Source: Pseudomonadota bacterium
Lineage (GTDB): Bacteria > Desulfobacterota > Binatia > UBA1149
NCBI GenBank assembly: GCA_014382245.1
Contig: JACNKC010000057.1
Location: 174-64,173 of the forward strand
Reading direction: 5' to 3'
Length of the DNA stretch: 64,000 nt
Shown: positions 45,775-55,270 of the stretch, one piece after another
How the letters are laid out: every line of letters starts with the position of its first letter
How positions within the stretch are numbered: position 1 is the first letter of the stretch
Position numbers and translations under genes: made by a program
The notes under the pieces: generated by a model
What the model was told of the DNA's origin: nothing
What the model saw: only the letters and a program-made list of their open reading frames with translations
Database searches by the model: none

Positions 45775-48000
45775 TCAGCCGCCCGCCGGCGTAAGGAATA
45801 TCGGCGATGACCAGGCGCGGTGGGCGGCCGGCTCCAGGCAGTCGTCGTCGTAGTCGCTGCGGTAGTCGCCGTAGCAGGGGTCGGGCTTGCAGTCGCCCTG
45901 CTCGTCGAATTCGCAACGCGATCCGCCGGCGTTCACCGTGGGCGTGGGCTCTTCGATGGCGCGCGCGTAGTAGAGCGCCTCTCGTTCGCTGCCCAGGAAC
46001 TCGGGGTCGTCGAACTCCACCGTGCAGCCGTCGGCGTCGGCCGGGCAGTCAAAACTGCGCCAGGGGTCGTCGATGAGGTCAGCCACGTCTTCGTCCGGCG
46101 ATTCCTGCGGCCTGATGCGCACCACGTCTATGCGGGTTATCTGCCGGCGTTTTTCGCCCGGGTTGTAGCACTCGCCGCGGCAGAGGTAGGCCAGTCGCTC
46201 GGGTGACAGGCCCGACAGCGATTCTTCGGGGCAGCCCTCGGTCTGCTCAAAGCTGCCGGCCGCGCGTACGCGCAGGCGCGGGTTGTTGGCCAGCTCAAGC
46301 TCACTGCCCATGGGCAGCACCTCGCCGTCGGGGCCGTTGAGGAGGTCAAACCAGAGCAGTATGCGCGGGCCGCTGGTGCCGTAGATTTCGCGGCGTGCCA
46401 TCGAGTCCCAGATCGCTCCGCGATCACGCGCCGGGGAGTGCACCGCCACCAGTCCACCGGTCATGAAGAACGACGCCTGTCGCTCGAAGTCGACTATCTG
46501 TGTGCGCATGGCGGCGGGGTCGCCCGGTGTGACCTGTCGGGACCGGTTTCCCTGCGGCTCGAGGTAGCTGGGCATCAAGCGCTCGGCCCAGGTCTCGTCG
46601 CGGGCACCGGCGGCCTCGGTGTTGGCCTGCCGGTCAAATTCCTTGAAGCCGGTACCGGGGCGGGCGGTGTGGTTGTCGCTCGACGCCATGAAGCCGAAGC
46701 GAAATCGTCGTGGGTCCTTGTCTTCTTCCTCGAAGTTCGAGATCGCCAAGATGTACTGCACCGAGTTGCCCGGCCGGTACGCCATCGAGGGCAGGAAACA
46801 GTCGCTGCATTCGTCGCAGTTGCCCCACTCGACCAGCGGCGCCCACGGGATTGTCAGTCGCCCCGACGGGCTCGCGGCCAGGTAGTTGGCGCGGGCCTCG
46901 ACTATCTTCTCGCGGCACTCATCTGAATCCCGGTCATCGCAGAGATTGCCGATGATCTCACCCGCGCGCCAGCAGCAGGCCTCGAAGCCGGGTTCGGGCG
47001 CTGGGCAGGCATCGGCTCCCTGCTGTTCGAGATCCACGGCCCGCCAGCTGCGGTACTCTTCGCTGTTGCCGTGGCCCGAGAACACCTCGACCAGGGTCTG
47101 TCGTTCGGGATCGTGCATGGCGCCGGCCAGCTGCTTGTCCCAGGTTCCGCCCGGTGGCGAGTAGAGGCCCCAGGTGGTTCCGTGCGGTATGACGATCGAC
47201 TCGTGGCCCCACTGGGCGAGCTTTTCGTAGAGCACGTCGGGTGAGGCCGCTTCTTCCGAGCAGTCCAGGGGTAACTCGCGGGTGTCAACGCCGTCAGCGC
47301 AGATGGGAGTCTCGCCGATTTCTTCCTGGAAGGTGTTGGCGTTGAGGTAGCGCTGGGCGTTCTGCCAGTCGGCCACCACGGGGAACCAGCGCTGGAGGAA
47401 GGTCTGGCGGGTGCGCATGCCCTGTCCGGCCATGCCGCCGGCGTGTATGGGCCGCGCGGGGATCTTGTCGTCGTCGAGGTCGCGCAGGATGACGTTCTTG
47501 TGCCCGTAGTGGCTGTCGGGGGTCATTCCGATCTGCGTCCACTCCCAGCCGAGGTAGGCTACCACGTCGGGGTTGTCGGGGTCACCGGCCAGCTCGTTGC
47601 ACTGGCGAATGGTGTCGGTGGTTTCCTTCCAACGCAGGGGAGTTATGGCCTCTGCGTGGTCGTTGATGCTCCAGAAGTCGAGGTTGGAGCAGTAGCGCGC
47701 AAAGTCGCAGGCGTCGGCCACCGGGTGTGCGCCTTCGCCCTGGAGGATGGGCAGGCTCATCATGAAAGCGTCGGCCGAAAAGGTGGAGTGTACGTGCAGG
47801 TCGCCGAACAGGATCTGCTTGTCTGTTGCACCGGCTTTCGCACGGTTGGCCAGGACATCGGCGGTCGCCGCCTGGCGGGCCGTCTTGTCGGCTGCCATGG
47901 AGTCGGGCTGGCCCGCGCCTTCTATGTTGCCCGGGCCCTCGTGTTGCCCGCAGGCGGCAAGCAACAGGGCGCAGGCAATGGCTGTGTAGAATTTGTTCAT
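45775..48000 (-). CDS. DUF3604-like lipoprotein (PHP-like metal-dependent phosphoesterase fold suspected)
   Basis: Lipobox LLAAC after MNKFYTAIACA. FGDLHVHSTFSADA motif as seen at the N-terminus of DUF3604 proteins. I chose the internal ATG at 48000; the ORF track extends a further 113 Arg-rich codons. Confidence 0.5.
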   Translation of the reverse strand: MNKFYTAIACALLLAACGQHEGPGNIEGAGQPDSMAADKTARQAATADVLANRAKAGATDKQILFGDLHVHSTFSADAFMMSLPILQGEGAHPVADACDFARYCSNLDFWSINDHAEAITPLRWKETTDTIRQCNELAGDPDNPDVVAYLGWEWTQIGMTPDSHYGHKNVILRDLDDDKIPARPIHAGGMAGQGMRTRQTFLQRWFPVVADWQNAQRYLNANTFQEEIGETPICADGVDTRELPLDCSEEAASPDVLYEKLAQWGHESIVIPHGTTWGLYSPPGGTWDKQLAGAMHDPERQTLVEVFSGHGNSEEYRSWRAVDLEQQGADACPAPEPGFEACCWRAGEIIGNLCDDRDSDECREKIVEARANYLAASPSGRLTIPWAPLVEWGNCDECSDCFLPSMAYRPGNSVQYILAISNFEEEDKDPRRFRFGFMASSDNHTARPGTGFKEFDRQANTEAAGARDETWAERLMPSYLEPQGNRSRQVTPGDPAAMRTQIVDFERQASFFMTGGLVAVHSPARDRGAIWDSMARREIYGTSGPRILLWFDLLNGPDGEVLPMGSELELANNPRLRVRAAGSFEQTEGCPEESLSGLSPERLAYLCRGECYNPGEKRRQITRIDVVRIRPQESPDEDVADLIDDPWRSFDCPADADGCTVEFDDPEFLGSEREALYYARAIEEPTPTVNAGGSRCEFDEQGDCKPDPCYGDYRSDYDDDCLEPAAHRAWSSPIFLTPAGG

Positions 48001-48095
48001 CGGCAAGGTAACCCCCTGTGGTTTCGCGGAGCGTGATTTCGCGCAGCGTGAGCCTGCGGAATCTAGCCGTGGCGCCGCGCTGAAAAAAGCGCGCG

Positions 48096-48386
48096 TTACA
48101 GCGCCTGGGGACGGGCTTGCGCCCAGGACTGGAGTTTCTTGATCTGCTCGAGGTCGCCATCCTTGCTGGCTATGCCCTCGTTGCGGGCGTCGTGTATGCA
48201 GTCGACCGGGCACAGCGGCACGCAGAGGTCGCAGTCTATGCACTCCTCCGCGACGATGGCGAAACGGCCCAGGAAATCGCCTGCTACTTCGTAGACCGCG
48301 TCCACCTTGCCGGGGCAGGCGTGATCGCAAGCCCCGCAACCAATGCAGGTGTCGTCTACGTAATAGTGTCCGTGTCGGCGGGCCAT
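48096..48386 (-). CDS. 2[4Fe-4S] ferredoxin
   Basis: CIGCGACDHACP and CIDCDLCVPLCP cluster motifs. 96 aa from the ATG at 48386. Confidence 0.8.
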   Translation of the reverse strand: MARRHGHYYVDDTCIGCGACDHACPGKVDAVYEVAGDFLGRFAIVAEECIDCDLCVPLCPVDCIHDARNEGIASKDGDLEQIKKLQSWAQARPQAL

Positions 48387-48396
48387 GCCAGGCGGC

Positions 48397-48900
48397 TCAG
48401 GAGGTGGGAAAGCTGGTCGTGAAGGCCGCCGAGGCGTTGAAGAATTCCTGCAGGCTCTGGTTGAAACGAAAGTACATGTCGCGACGCAGCGGATCATCCG
48501 AGAGCAGGTGCAGGGGAGTGCCCATGTGGCTCAGCCGGTTGAGCGTCTGGTCCAGTGCCGGGCGACCGTTGCCCGCCGCGATGCTTTCTATCATTGCCTG
48601 CCAGGTCTCGAGCTCAGCCTCCAGCGTGAAGTCGGCGCGGTTGGAGTCTGTTTCGCCGGTAACGCGTACGTCGGTGGCCTCGAACTCGTCGAAGGTCACC
48701 TGCACGGCCAGCGCTCGGGTGCCGGTCACCGAGAAGCCGGCCACGCAATCCACGTAGCCGAGTTTTTCCTGCCGCGCGCGGTTGTCGTTCATCAGCGCAG
48801 CCAGGCGCTCGAACCACGCGAGCGAGGGGAACTCCAGGGGCTCGGCGTTCTTTCCTTGTACCGCGCTTTCTTCCTGCGCGTCGGCCACTACTGTAACCAC
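48397..48900 (-). CDS. hypothetical protein, possibly SCP2-like lipid-binding domain
   Basis: 167 aa. Overlaps the stop of the upstream diiron gene. Weak SCP2-like pattern in the C-terminal half. The start may be the GTG at 48888. Confidence 0.4.
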   Translation of the reverse strand: MVTVVADAQEESAVQGKNAEPLEFPSLAWFERLAALMNDNRARQEKLGYVDCVAGFSVTGTRALAVQVTFDEFEATDVRVTGETDSNRADFTLEAELETWQAMIESIAAGNGRPALDQTLNRLSHMGTPLHLLSDDPLRRDMYFRFNQSLQEFFNASAAFTTSFPTS

Positions 48901-50078
48901 GGGGCCTGCGTGGGGATACCGCAGCGTTCACTGCGATCAAAGCCGGCACGCCGGCAGCGGCCCAGGTACTCCTCTATGAAATTGCCCCACAGGGCTCCCG
49001 CCTGCTCCAGCCCCTGCTCTATGCGGTTGACTCCCCCTCCCAGTAGTATGGCCAGGGGCTCTATCAGTGCAGCCTCGGTAAACGCCGTCAGTATCACCAT
49101 CTCGCCAACGTCGGCAAAACGGTGCATGTCTTCGAGCGCCGCGTCGCGATCGGGCACGTTGTCGAGGTGGTTCTTGAGCTCCATGACGCCATAGCTCACG
49201 TGGCGGGCTTCGTCCTGCAGGCAGAGGCGAAAGATTTCCTTGTCCACGTGTGTCTTGGCTATCATTTCGCCCGAGCGGAAGATTGACAGTACCAGGCCTT
49301 CGCCGAGCAGGTTCAGCAGGAAGGTGCCCATGGTGTGCGACGGCGCTTCCATGATGGCCTTCAAGGCCCACTCGAAGCCCGGCGACGCGTGCAGCAGGCC
49401 GCCGCCGGCGATGGCGCGCTTGCGAAACACCTCCTGGTGACGGGCCTCGTCCATCAACTGGGTGGCGAGAAAACTCTTCACCTCGAGAAAGTCCTGGGGG
49501 ATGCGGTACAACCACTTGGCCGGAAAGTCACCGGCCACGAACTCGACCTCGGTAAGAAAGGTACACAACTGGCAGGTGGCCTTCTCGAGGTCCTCGGGCA
49601 GGGATTTGAGTTCATCCCAGGGTATGTCGCGGGTAGCGTTCCACTGCCTGGCCTTGGCTTCTTCGTAAAGCGTGATGACGTTCTCGGCCCATAGTTCGTT
49701 GCGATCAACGACGTCGTAGGCTGACAGTACCGGCATACGTTGGGCGTAGGGGTCGCGCACCGAACCACGCGGGGCGAAGTTGAGCCACTCGGCTTTCTCG
49801 GGCATCTGCCCGTAGGGCTCCACCCGGTTTGTGTCGGCGTAGGTCATGCCGCGCGACGACGGCTTGGCGCGTCGTCCCCAGTTGGCCTTGTCGGTCTCCA
49901 TCCAGTGCAGCGAGAACCTGCCGGCCTGCAGGCGCTCACCGTTGTCATTCAGTATCTCGGCCCAGGTGGTCATCTGCTGCCCGAAGGCCAGCTCGTAAGA
50001 TTCCAGGCTTTCTTCGGGCACGGCGTGTTCGGGGGGCAGGGGGCTGAGGTCAGTGGGACTGGCGGCTGGCTTGCTCAT
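48888..50078 (-). CDS. ferritin-like diiron-carboxylate oxygenase (putative hydroxylase/desaturase-type)
   Basis: Two E-x-x-H iron-ligand motifs embedded in DEARH (QLMDEARHQEVF and LQDEARHVSYGV) about 90 aa apart, as in diiron oxygenases. The ATG at 50078 is preferred over the TTG at 50117. Confidence 0.55.
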   Translation of the reverse strand: MSKPAASPTDLSPLPPEHAVPEESLESYELAFGQQMTTWAEILNDNGERLQAGRFSLHWMETDKANWGRRAKPSSRGMTYADTNRVEPYGQMPEKAEWLNFAPRGSVRDPYAQRMPVLSAYDVVDRNELWAENVITLYEEAKARQWNATRDIPWDELKSLPEDLEKATCQLCTFLTEVEFVAGDFPAKWLYRIPQDFLEVKSFLATQLMDEARHQEVFRKRAIAGGGLLHASPGFEWALKAIMEAPSHTMGTFLLNLLGEGLVLSIFRSGEMIAKTHVDKEIFRLCLQDEARHVSYGVMELKNHLDNVPDRDAALEDMHRFADVGEMVILTAFTEAALIEPLAILLGGGVNRIEQGLEQAGALWGNFIEEYLGRCRRAGFDRSERCGIPTQAPWLQ

Positions 50079-50150
50079 GGCGGCTTCGCTTACAACAACT
50101 ATTGACAAATCACTCAATAGCGCTAAGAGTGTAGCTCACTGGAAGCTGTC

Positions 50151-50768
50151 GTGTCAAGGAACACAACTAGCAATAAAAAAAAACGCCGCCGGCTTTCGCC
50201 CGAACAGCGCAGTGAAGAGCTCATAGAGGCGGCCGTGGCGGTGTTCGCCCGCCTGGGATTGGGGCGGGCGGGCCACGCCCAGGTGGCCGAAGAGGCGGGT
50301 TGCGCGGTGTCGACGGTGTTCGTGTACTTTCCGAGCCGCGAAAGCCTGGTCGACGCGGTGATCGCCGAGGTGGCCGGCTTTCTCCTGGAGATGGCCGAGA
50401 GCGTCCACGGCTCCGGTGGCCCGGCGCCGGAGGTCGTGCGCCGTCATGCTCGCGCGTTCGTAGAAGGCGTCAATCGCCGTCCCGACGTGGCGCGGGTGTG
50501 GCTCGACTACAGCACGGCCGTGGGCGAGGACACCTGGCCGCGCTACCTCGAGCTGCAGGAAAAGATCGTGGCCATCATGCGTGACACCATTGAGCGCGGG
50601 CAGGGCGAGGGCAGCGTCGCAGCCGACGTTGACGCTGACGACGACGCCAGGCTGGTGGTAGGCTCGGCCCACATGCTCGCGCAGATGAAGTTCGCCGGCC
50701 GGCCGGACGACCAGGTTGAACATTTTCTCAACACGCTGGTGGGCCTGACCATGCGACCGCCGGCGTAG
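50151..50768 (+). CDS. TetR/AcrR family transcriptional regulator
   Basis: HTH motif (AQVAEEAGCAVSTVFVYFPSRESL). GTG start with GGAAG RBS. Confidence 0.8.
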   Translation: MSRNTTSNKKKRRRLSPEQRSEELIEAAVAVFARLGLGRAGHAQVAEEAGCAVSTVFVYFPSRESLVDAVIAEVAGFLLEMAESVHGSGGPAPEVVRRHARAFVEGVNRRPDVARVWLDYSTAVGEDTWPRYLELQEKIVAIMRDTIERGQGEGSVAADVDADDDARLVVGSAHMLAQMKFAGRPDDQVEHFLNTLVGLTMRPPA

Positions 50769-50834
50769 CTTGACCGATGGCCCCCACGGGAGTGCAGGTG
50801 TCATCGGCGCTTGCACTGGGCGCGGGGGGACAGG

Positions 50835-51614
50835 ATGCTGGCCGCCATGCTGGCTCAGGGTAGTGCTGCCGCTGAACTTGCCGGCCGCGTGGCGGTCGTC
50901 ACCGGGGCCTCGCGCGGAATTGGCGAAGCCGTTGCCCGTTGTCTTGTTGATGCCGGCGCCAGGGTAGCCTTGCTGGCCCGAGGACGTGAGCGACTCGAGC
51001 GCGTCGCCGCCGGGCTGGGCGCGCAGGCGCTGGCCGTACCGACCGATGTTGCCGATGCGGACAGCGTGCGCGCTGCTTTTGTTACCGTAGCGCGTGAGTT
51101 CGGCCGGCTGGACCTGCTGGTCAACAACGCTGCCATCGGCCGCCTGCACTCTATCGAAGAGGCCTCCGACGCGGATCTGCGTGAGACCGTCTACACCAAC
51201 CTCGGCGGCCCGCTGTTGTGCAGCCGCGAGGCCGTGCCTCTCATGAAGAAATCGGGTGGAGGGCAGATCGTCAACATAGGCTCGGAGGCGGTGCTCAATC
51301 CTTTTCCGTTGTTGTCGACCTACACCGCCACCAAGGCCGGCCTGGAGTTGTTTAACCGTGGGCTGCGGGCCGAGTTACGCGGCGACAACATCCGGGTGAC
51401 CCTGCTAAGGTCGGGGGCGACCAGCGGCGGCTTCATGGAAGACTGGGATCCCGACGAAGCCGCGCGCGCGATCGGGCTGTGGGACGAGCAAGGCTACCTC
51501 GCCTTCGCGGGCGCGCCCATGCAGCCCTCGACCGTGGCCGAGTCGCTGTTGCACGCCGTCACCCGCCCGGCAGGCGCGAGCGTGGATACCCTCGAACTCA
51601 GGTCGGCTGGCTGA
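50835..51614 (+). CDS. SDR family oxidoreductase
   Basis: GRVAVVTGASRGIG Rossmann motif. YTATKAGLE catalytic YxxxK. Confidence 0.8.
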   Translation: MLAAMLAQGSAAAELAGRVAVVTGASRGIGEAVARCLVDAGARVALLARGRERLERVAAGLGAQALAVPTDVADADSVRAAFVTVAREFGRLDLLVNNAAIGRLHSIEEASDADLRETVYTNLGGPLLCSREAVPLMKKSGGGQIVNIGSEAVLNPFPLLSTYTATKAGLELFNRGLRAELRGDNIRVTLLRSGATSGGFMEDWDPDEAARAIGLWDEQGYLAFAGAPMQPSTVAESLLHAVTRPAGASVDTLELRSAG

Positions 51615-51617
51615 CGG

Positions 51618-52250
51618 TCAGTGGGTGGCCTTGAGGCCGCCGAGCAGCAGGTCAAGCCAGCGGTCGAGCAGGGGGCCGTCCAGGGGCTCCTTGAACACGC
51701 CCTTGTTGGTGGCCATCTGTATGACACCGTTCAGGCCCGCCCAGAACAGCGCCGTAGTTTCCCTGATGTCGAGGTCGCGAAGCAGTCCCTGGTCGACGCC
51801 GTCGGCGATCACCCTGGCAACAGTGCCCATGGCGTGCCTCGTTCCGGTGTAGGCTCGCTCAACCAGTGCCTGCTCTTCTTCGTTCGCAGGCGCGAGCGTC
51901 TGGCTCTGAAGGCAGTGGATGATGGCCTGGGCCTCCGGGTGCGCCTCGATGAAACGGCAGTAGGTGAGCGAGATGCGCTGCAGTCTCTGCAGCGGGTCTC
52001 CGTTGCCTGACGATACGCTCTCGAGTTCGGGCAGGATCAACTCTATCGCGCGCACCAGTACCGCCAGGTAGAGGATCTCCTTGCTGGAGAAGTAGTAGTA
52101 GAGCGTGGCTATGTTGAGCTCGCTGCGATCGGCGATGTCCTGCATGGAGGTGGTGTTGTAGTCCCTGTCGGTGAACAGCTCGGTGGCGGCGCTGACGATG
52201 GCGTATTTTCGCGCTTCGCGCTCGCGACTCCTTCTTTCCTGTATTCCCAT
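51618..52250 (-). CDS. TetR/AcrR family transcriptional regulator
   Basis: HTH motif (TTSMQDIADRSELNIATLYYYFSSKE). Confidence 0.8.
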   Translation of the reverse strand: MGIQERRSREREARKYAIVSAATELFTDRDYNTTSMQDIADRSELNIATLYYYFSSKEILYLAVLVRAIELILPELESVSSGNGDPLQRLQRISLTYCRFIEAHPEAQAIIHCLQSQTLAPANEEEQALVERAYTGTRHAMGTVARVIADGVDQGLLRDLDIRETTALFWAGLNGVIQMATNKGVFKEPLDGPLLDRWLDLLLGGLKATH

Positions 52251-52310
52251 TGCTGCTGTTCCCCCGGGTGGGGGTGGCCGTCACCGTGGCGATAGACCTC
52301 CCACCGGGGC

Positions 52311-52396
52311 CAAGTCTATCAAGTGTCAATTGAAGTGCAAGTCTGACTTGACAAAGGGGGTAGGGAGGGGTTATTTATGATTCAAGTGAGACTTGA
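52311..52396. promoter_or_regulatory. cluster of short palindromes built on CAAGT/ACTTG half-sites; candidate operator array for the divergent TetR
   Basis: CAAGTC-T-GACTTG (52338-52350), TCAAGT-GAG-ACTTGA (52382-52396) and TCAATTGA (52325-52332) read directly from the sequence. Located between the TetR start (52250) and the acylase start (52495). Confidence 0.5.
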
Positions 52397-52494
52397 GAAG
52401 CCGTGGCGGTGCCCGTGGGGCCGTCACCGACCGGCACCGCGACGCGCCGGCCGAAATTGGCTATGCTACTGAAAACACTGGAGGAAAGGGCATC

Positions 52495-54705
52495 ATGGCG
52501 AGAACAGGTAAACAAGGAGTGGTGGCTCTGCTGTCGGAATTGCTGCTTGCCGGAAGCGCGCAGGCCTGGCAGGCCGAAATCGCCAGGGATCGCTACGGGG
52601 TGCCCTACATTATCGCCGATACCATGGCCGATGCCGCCTTCGGCGACGGCTACGCCCAGGCGGCCGACCGGGGCAAGGAGGCCTTCGAGCTCATACTGGC
52701 GGCTACCGGCACCAGCGCGGCCAGCCTGGGCGCTGGAAACACCTCCAGTGCGTGCCCCGAGGGCAAGAACGTCTGCAACGACATGCAGGCACGGCTGACC
52801 GGGGTCTATCGCACGGCCTACGCCCAGTGGACCGCCATACCCGCCGAGGTTCAGGAGATCGCGTCGGCCTTTGCGGCAGGTGCCAATCTCTGGGGTCTCG
52901 AGAACGCCGGTGAGCTTCCACCCGGCGCCCGTCCGCTGACCGGCCAGGACATAATAGCCTACGCCCAGTACACCGGCGTGGCCCGCCAGTTGCTGCAGGC
53001 CACAAAAGAGAAAGCCCAGGAAGGCCAGGACACCGAGTGCGGTGAGGGCTCAAACGGCGTCGTGCTGGCCAACTCGCTCACGGGCAACAAGGGCGTGATC
53101 CTGCAGGTGGATCCGCACACGCCCTGGTCGGGCTTCAACCGCTGGTACGAGAAGGCCTACGTTACACCGGACACCGTTATTCACGGGGGAGGCCCCACTG
53201 GCCTGCCCTTGTTCCTGTTTGCCACCTCGGATCGCGTGGGATGGGCGCTGACCCGTAACTCGGGTGACCGGGGCGACTGTTTCTATGTAACCCCGGACCC
53301 CGCCGACCCCTTGCGTTACATGTACGATGGCGCGTCGCTGCCGCTTTCGAGCGTAACTGAAACCATCGAGGTAAAGGATTCGTCGTCGGTTCAGTTCGAG
53401 GTGCTGTCAACGCAGCACGGACCGATATTCGCCAAGGAGGGGGGGCTCTACTACGCGGCCGCCATGAGCATGGAAAACCGCACGGGAGTGTTGGGGCAGA
53501 TGCTGGCCATGGCCGGGGCCGACAGCGCAACGGAACTGGATGCCGCGTTTTCGATGATGGAGATCGATGGCGCCCAGGCAATGTACGGTGACGTCGATGG
53601 CAACATCGGCTACGCCTGGCTCAATCGCTTGCGCGATCGCGACGACTCTTACTACTGGGAGTACTGCGTGGATGGCAGCATATCGGCCACTGCCCTGGGT
53701 GCCGTGCTCGACTTCGCCAGCCTTCCCGGTTCCACCAACGACCCGGGCGGTTACTACCAGGCGTGCAACCAGCCCGACTGGCTGGTCAACGGCGGAGCCT
53801 GGGGGATAGACCCATGGAGCTATCCCGGTTGGCTGCGCGGCAGGGATTTTGTCCGCGACTATCTCGGCGCGAGAGCGCAGCGCGTGGTGGACCTCATACA
53901 GTCCAGGCAGCGGCACTCGCATGGCCGCGCGCGCAAGAGTTCGCTGGACACCGCGCTGCTGGGCGCGGTGTGGATGATTCCGGTGCTGGAACGGGCAATG
54001 GCACAGTACGGTGACGGCGGAGATCCGCTGGTGCAGAACGCATTTTCGGAGCTATTGCGCTTCAAGCGCAAACCGCGGGCCACGGCCAGGTCACGTGGCT
54101 ATGCCCTGTGGCACGAATGGAACGGCTACTGGGTGCAGGACGCGGTGCTCGGCAGCGCACCACCCGCCTCGCCCGAGGTTTCGCGCATACGCGAATTCTA
54201 CGACCTGCCCGATCATCCCGAAACCGTGAGCGATCTCGACCTGCAGCGAGCCCACCAGGCCTTTCTCGACGCTGTCGCCCACCTGAACAGTTACTACCTG
54301 GCCGGGCACTACGATTCGCCGCTGCCGCGCTGGGGAGACATTAACTTCATACAGTTGGCCGACGGGTCGAAGTACGGCTTCGGCGGCTCCGACGGCGAGT
54401 TGCAGGGTATATGGCAGGGTAGCCACGGCGGTGGTTCCTGCGGGGCCTTTCCTAATCCCTCTGCCGATGGCACCTGGACCATTAACGCCGGGTCGGACTT
54501 CATGATGTCGTCGCAACTGCGCACCCTGCCCAGGCTGCCGAAGGTCTACACGCTTGTCCCCTACGGAGTGAGCAACGACCCGGCCTCGCCTCATTTTGCC
54601 GACCAGACGCGGCGCTACGTGAAGGGCAAGTACAAGAAGGTGCCTTTCGGCGAGAAAGATGTCCGTCGCAAGGCCAAGTCGATAGTGACCGTGAGCGGCA
54701 GCTGA
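52495..54705 (+). CDS. penicillin acylase family Ntn-hydrolase (PvdQ/QuiP-like acyl-homoserine-lactone acylase candidate), secreted
   Basis: Signal peptide (AGSAQA). Alpha-subunit start QAWQAEIARDRYGVPYIIADT. Internal GEGSNGVVLA with a Ser-Asn candidate beta-subunit N-terminal nucleophile. GGAGGAAAGGG RBS. Confidence 0.8.
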   Translation: MARTGKQGVVALLSELLLAGSAQAWQAEIARDRYGVPYIIADTMADAAFGDGYAQAADRGKEAFELILAATGTSAASLGAGNTSSACPEGKNVCNDMQARLTGVYRTAYAQWTAIPAEVQEIASAFAAGANLWGLENAGELPPGARPLTGQDIIAYAQYTGVARQLLQATKEKAQEGQDTECGEGSNGVVLANSLTGNKGVILQVDPHTPWSGFNRWYEKAYVTPDTVIHGGGPTGLPLFLFATSDRVGWALTRNSGDRGDCFYVTPDPADPLRYMYDGASLPLSSVTETIEVKDSSSVQFEVLSTQHGPIFAKEGGLYYAAAMSMENRTGVLGQMLAMAGADSATELDAAFSMMEIDGAQAMYGDVDGNIGYAWLNRLRDRDDSYYWEYCVDGSISATALGAVLDFASLPGSTNDPGGYYQACNQPDWLVNGGAWGIDPWSYPGWLRGRDFVRDYLGARAQRVVDLIQSRQRHSHGRARKSSLDTALLGAVWMIPVLERAMAQYGDGGDPLVQNAFSELLRFKRKPRATARSRGYALWHEWNGYWVQDAVLGSAPPASPEVSRIREFYDLPDHPETVSDLDLQRAHQAFLDAVAHLNSYYLAGHYDSPLPRWGDINFIQLADGSKYGFGGSDGELQGIWQGSHGGGSCGAFPNPSADGTWTINAGSDFMMSSQLRTLPRLPKVYTLVPYGVSNDPASPHFADQTRRYVKGKYKKVPFGEKDVRRKAKSIVTVSGS

Positions 54706-54775
54706 ACCCGGCGTTGTTGCTGCATCGTTTCTGCCGTACGACTGTCGGCATGAATGGTGGCATGGAGCAGCGGCG

Positions 54776-55270
54776 ATGAAGCGTAGCCAGCAGGAAGTAG
54801 ACGCCCTACTCGCCGAGCTGGAGCAGGCCCACGGGTTGGGCGGCATTAATCCTGACCGGGGCCAGCTGCTCGAACTGTTGTCAGACGACAGCGACAGGGC
54901 AGACGGGACGAGACCGCTGCTGTACGTCAACCTGCTTCGCTTCTACGACCACGCTCGCTATCCCGCCGGCCATGAACTGGCCGAGGCGGGCATGAGCGGT
55001 GAGCAGGCCTACACCCTGTATGGCATCGCCGCCCTGGCCGAGGTCGAGAAACGCGGAGGCTGTCTTCCCCTATGGGGCACTGCCGAGCAGCTCGTCATCG
55101 GCGAGACCGACCACTGGGACCAGGTGGCTGTCATGCAGTACCCCGACCGCGAGGCTTTCATCGACATGATACGCGACCCCGACTACCAGGCATCGCTGGT
55201 ACATCGCAGGGCCGGACTGGAAAAGACCGTGGTCATCATCACCCGTTCCCTGTTACACGGCGCCGCCTGA
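54776..55270 (+). CDS. DUF1330-like domain protein (hypothetical)
   Basis: C-terminal VAVMQYPDREAFIDMIRDPDYQASL resembles the DUF1330 consensus (F.S.E.A..W..SPEYQ). Confidence 0.4.
   Translation: MKRSQQEVDALLAELEQAHGLGGINPDRGQLLELLSDDSDRADGTRPLLYVNLLRFYDHARYPAGHELAEAGMSGEQAYTLYGIAALAEVEKRGGCLPLWGTAEQLVIGETDHWDQVAVMQYPDREAFIDMIRDPDYQASLVHRRAGLEKTVVIITRSLLHGAA

Noticed and set aside
45807-46206. Short plus-strand ORFs (45807..46076, 45820..46206) inside the DUF3604 gene region, and the Arg-rich N-terminal extension 48001..48339
   Set aside because: Antisense or over-extended frames. The lipoprotein signal MNKFYTAIACALLLAAC marks the real start at 48000.
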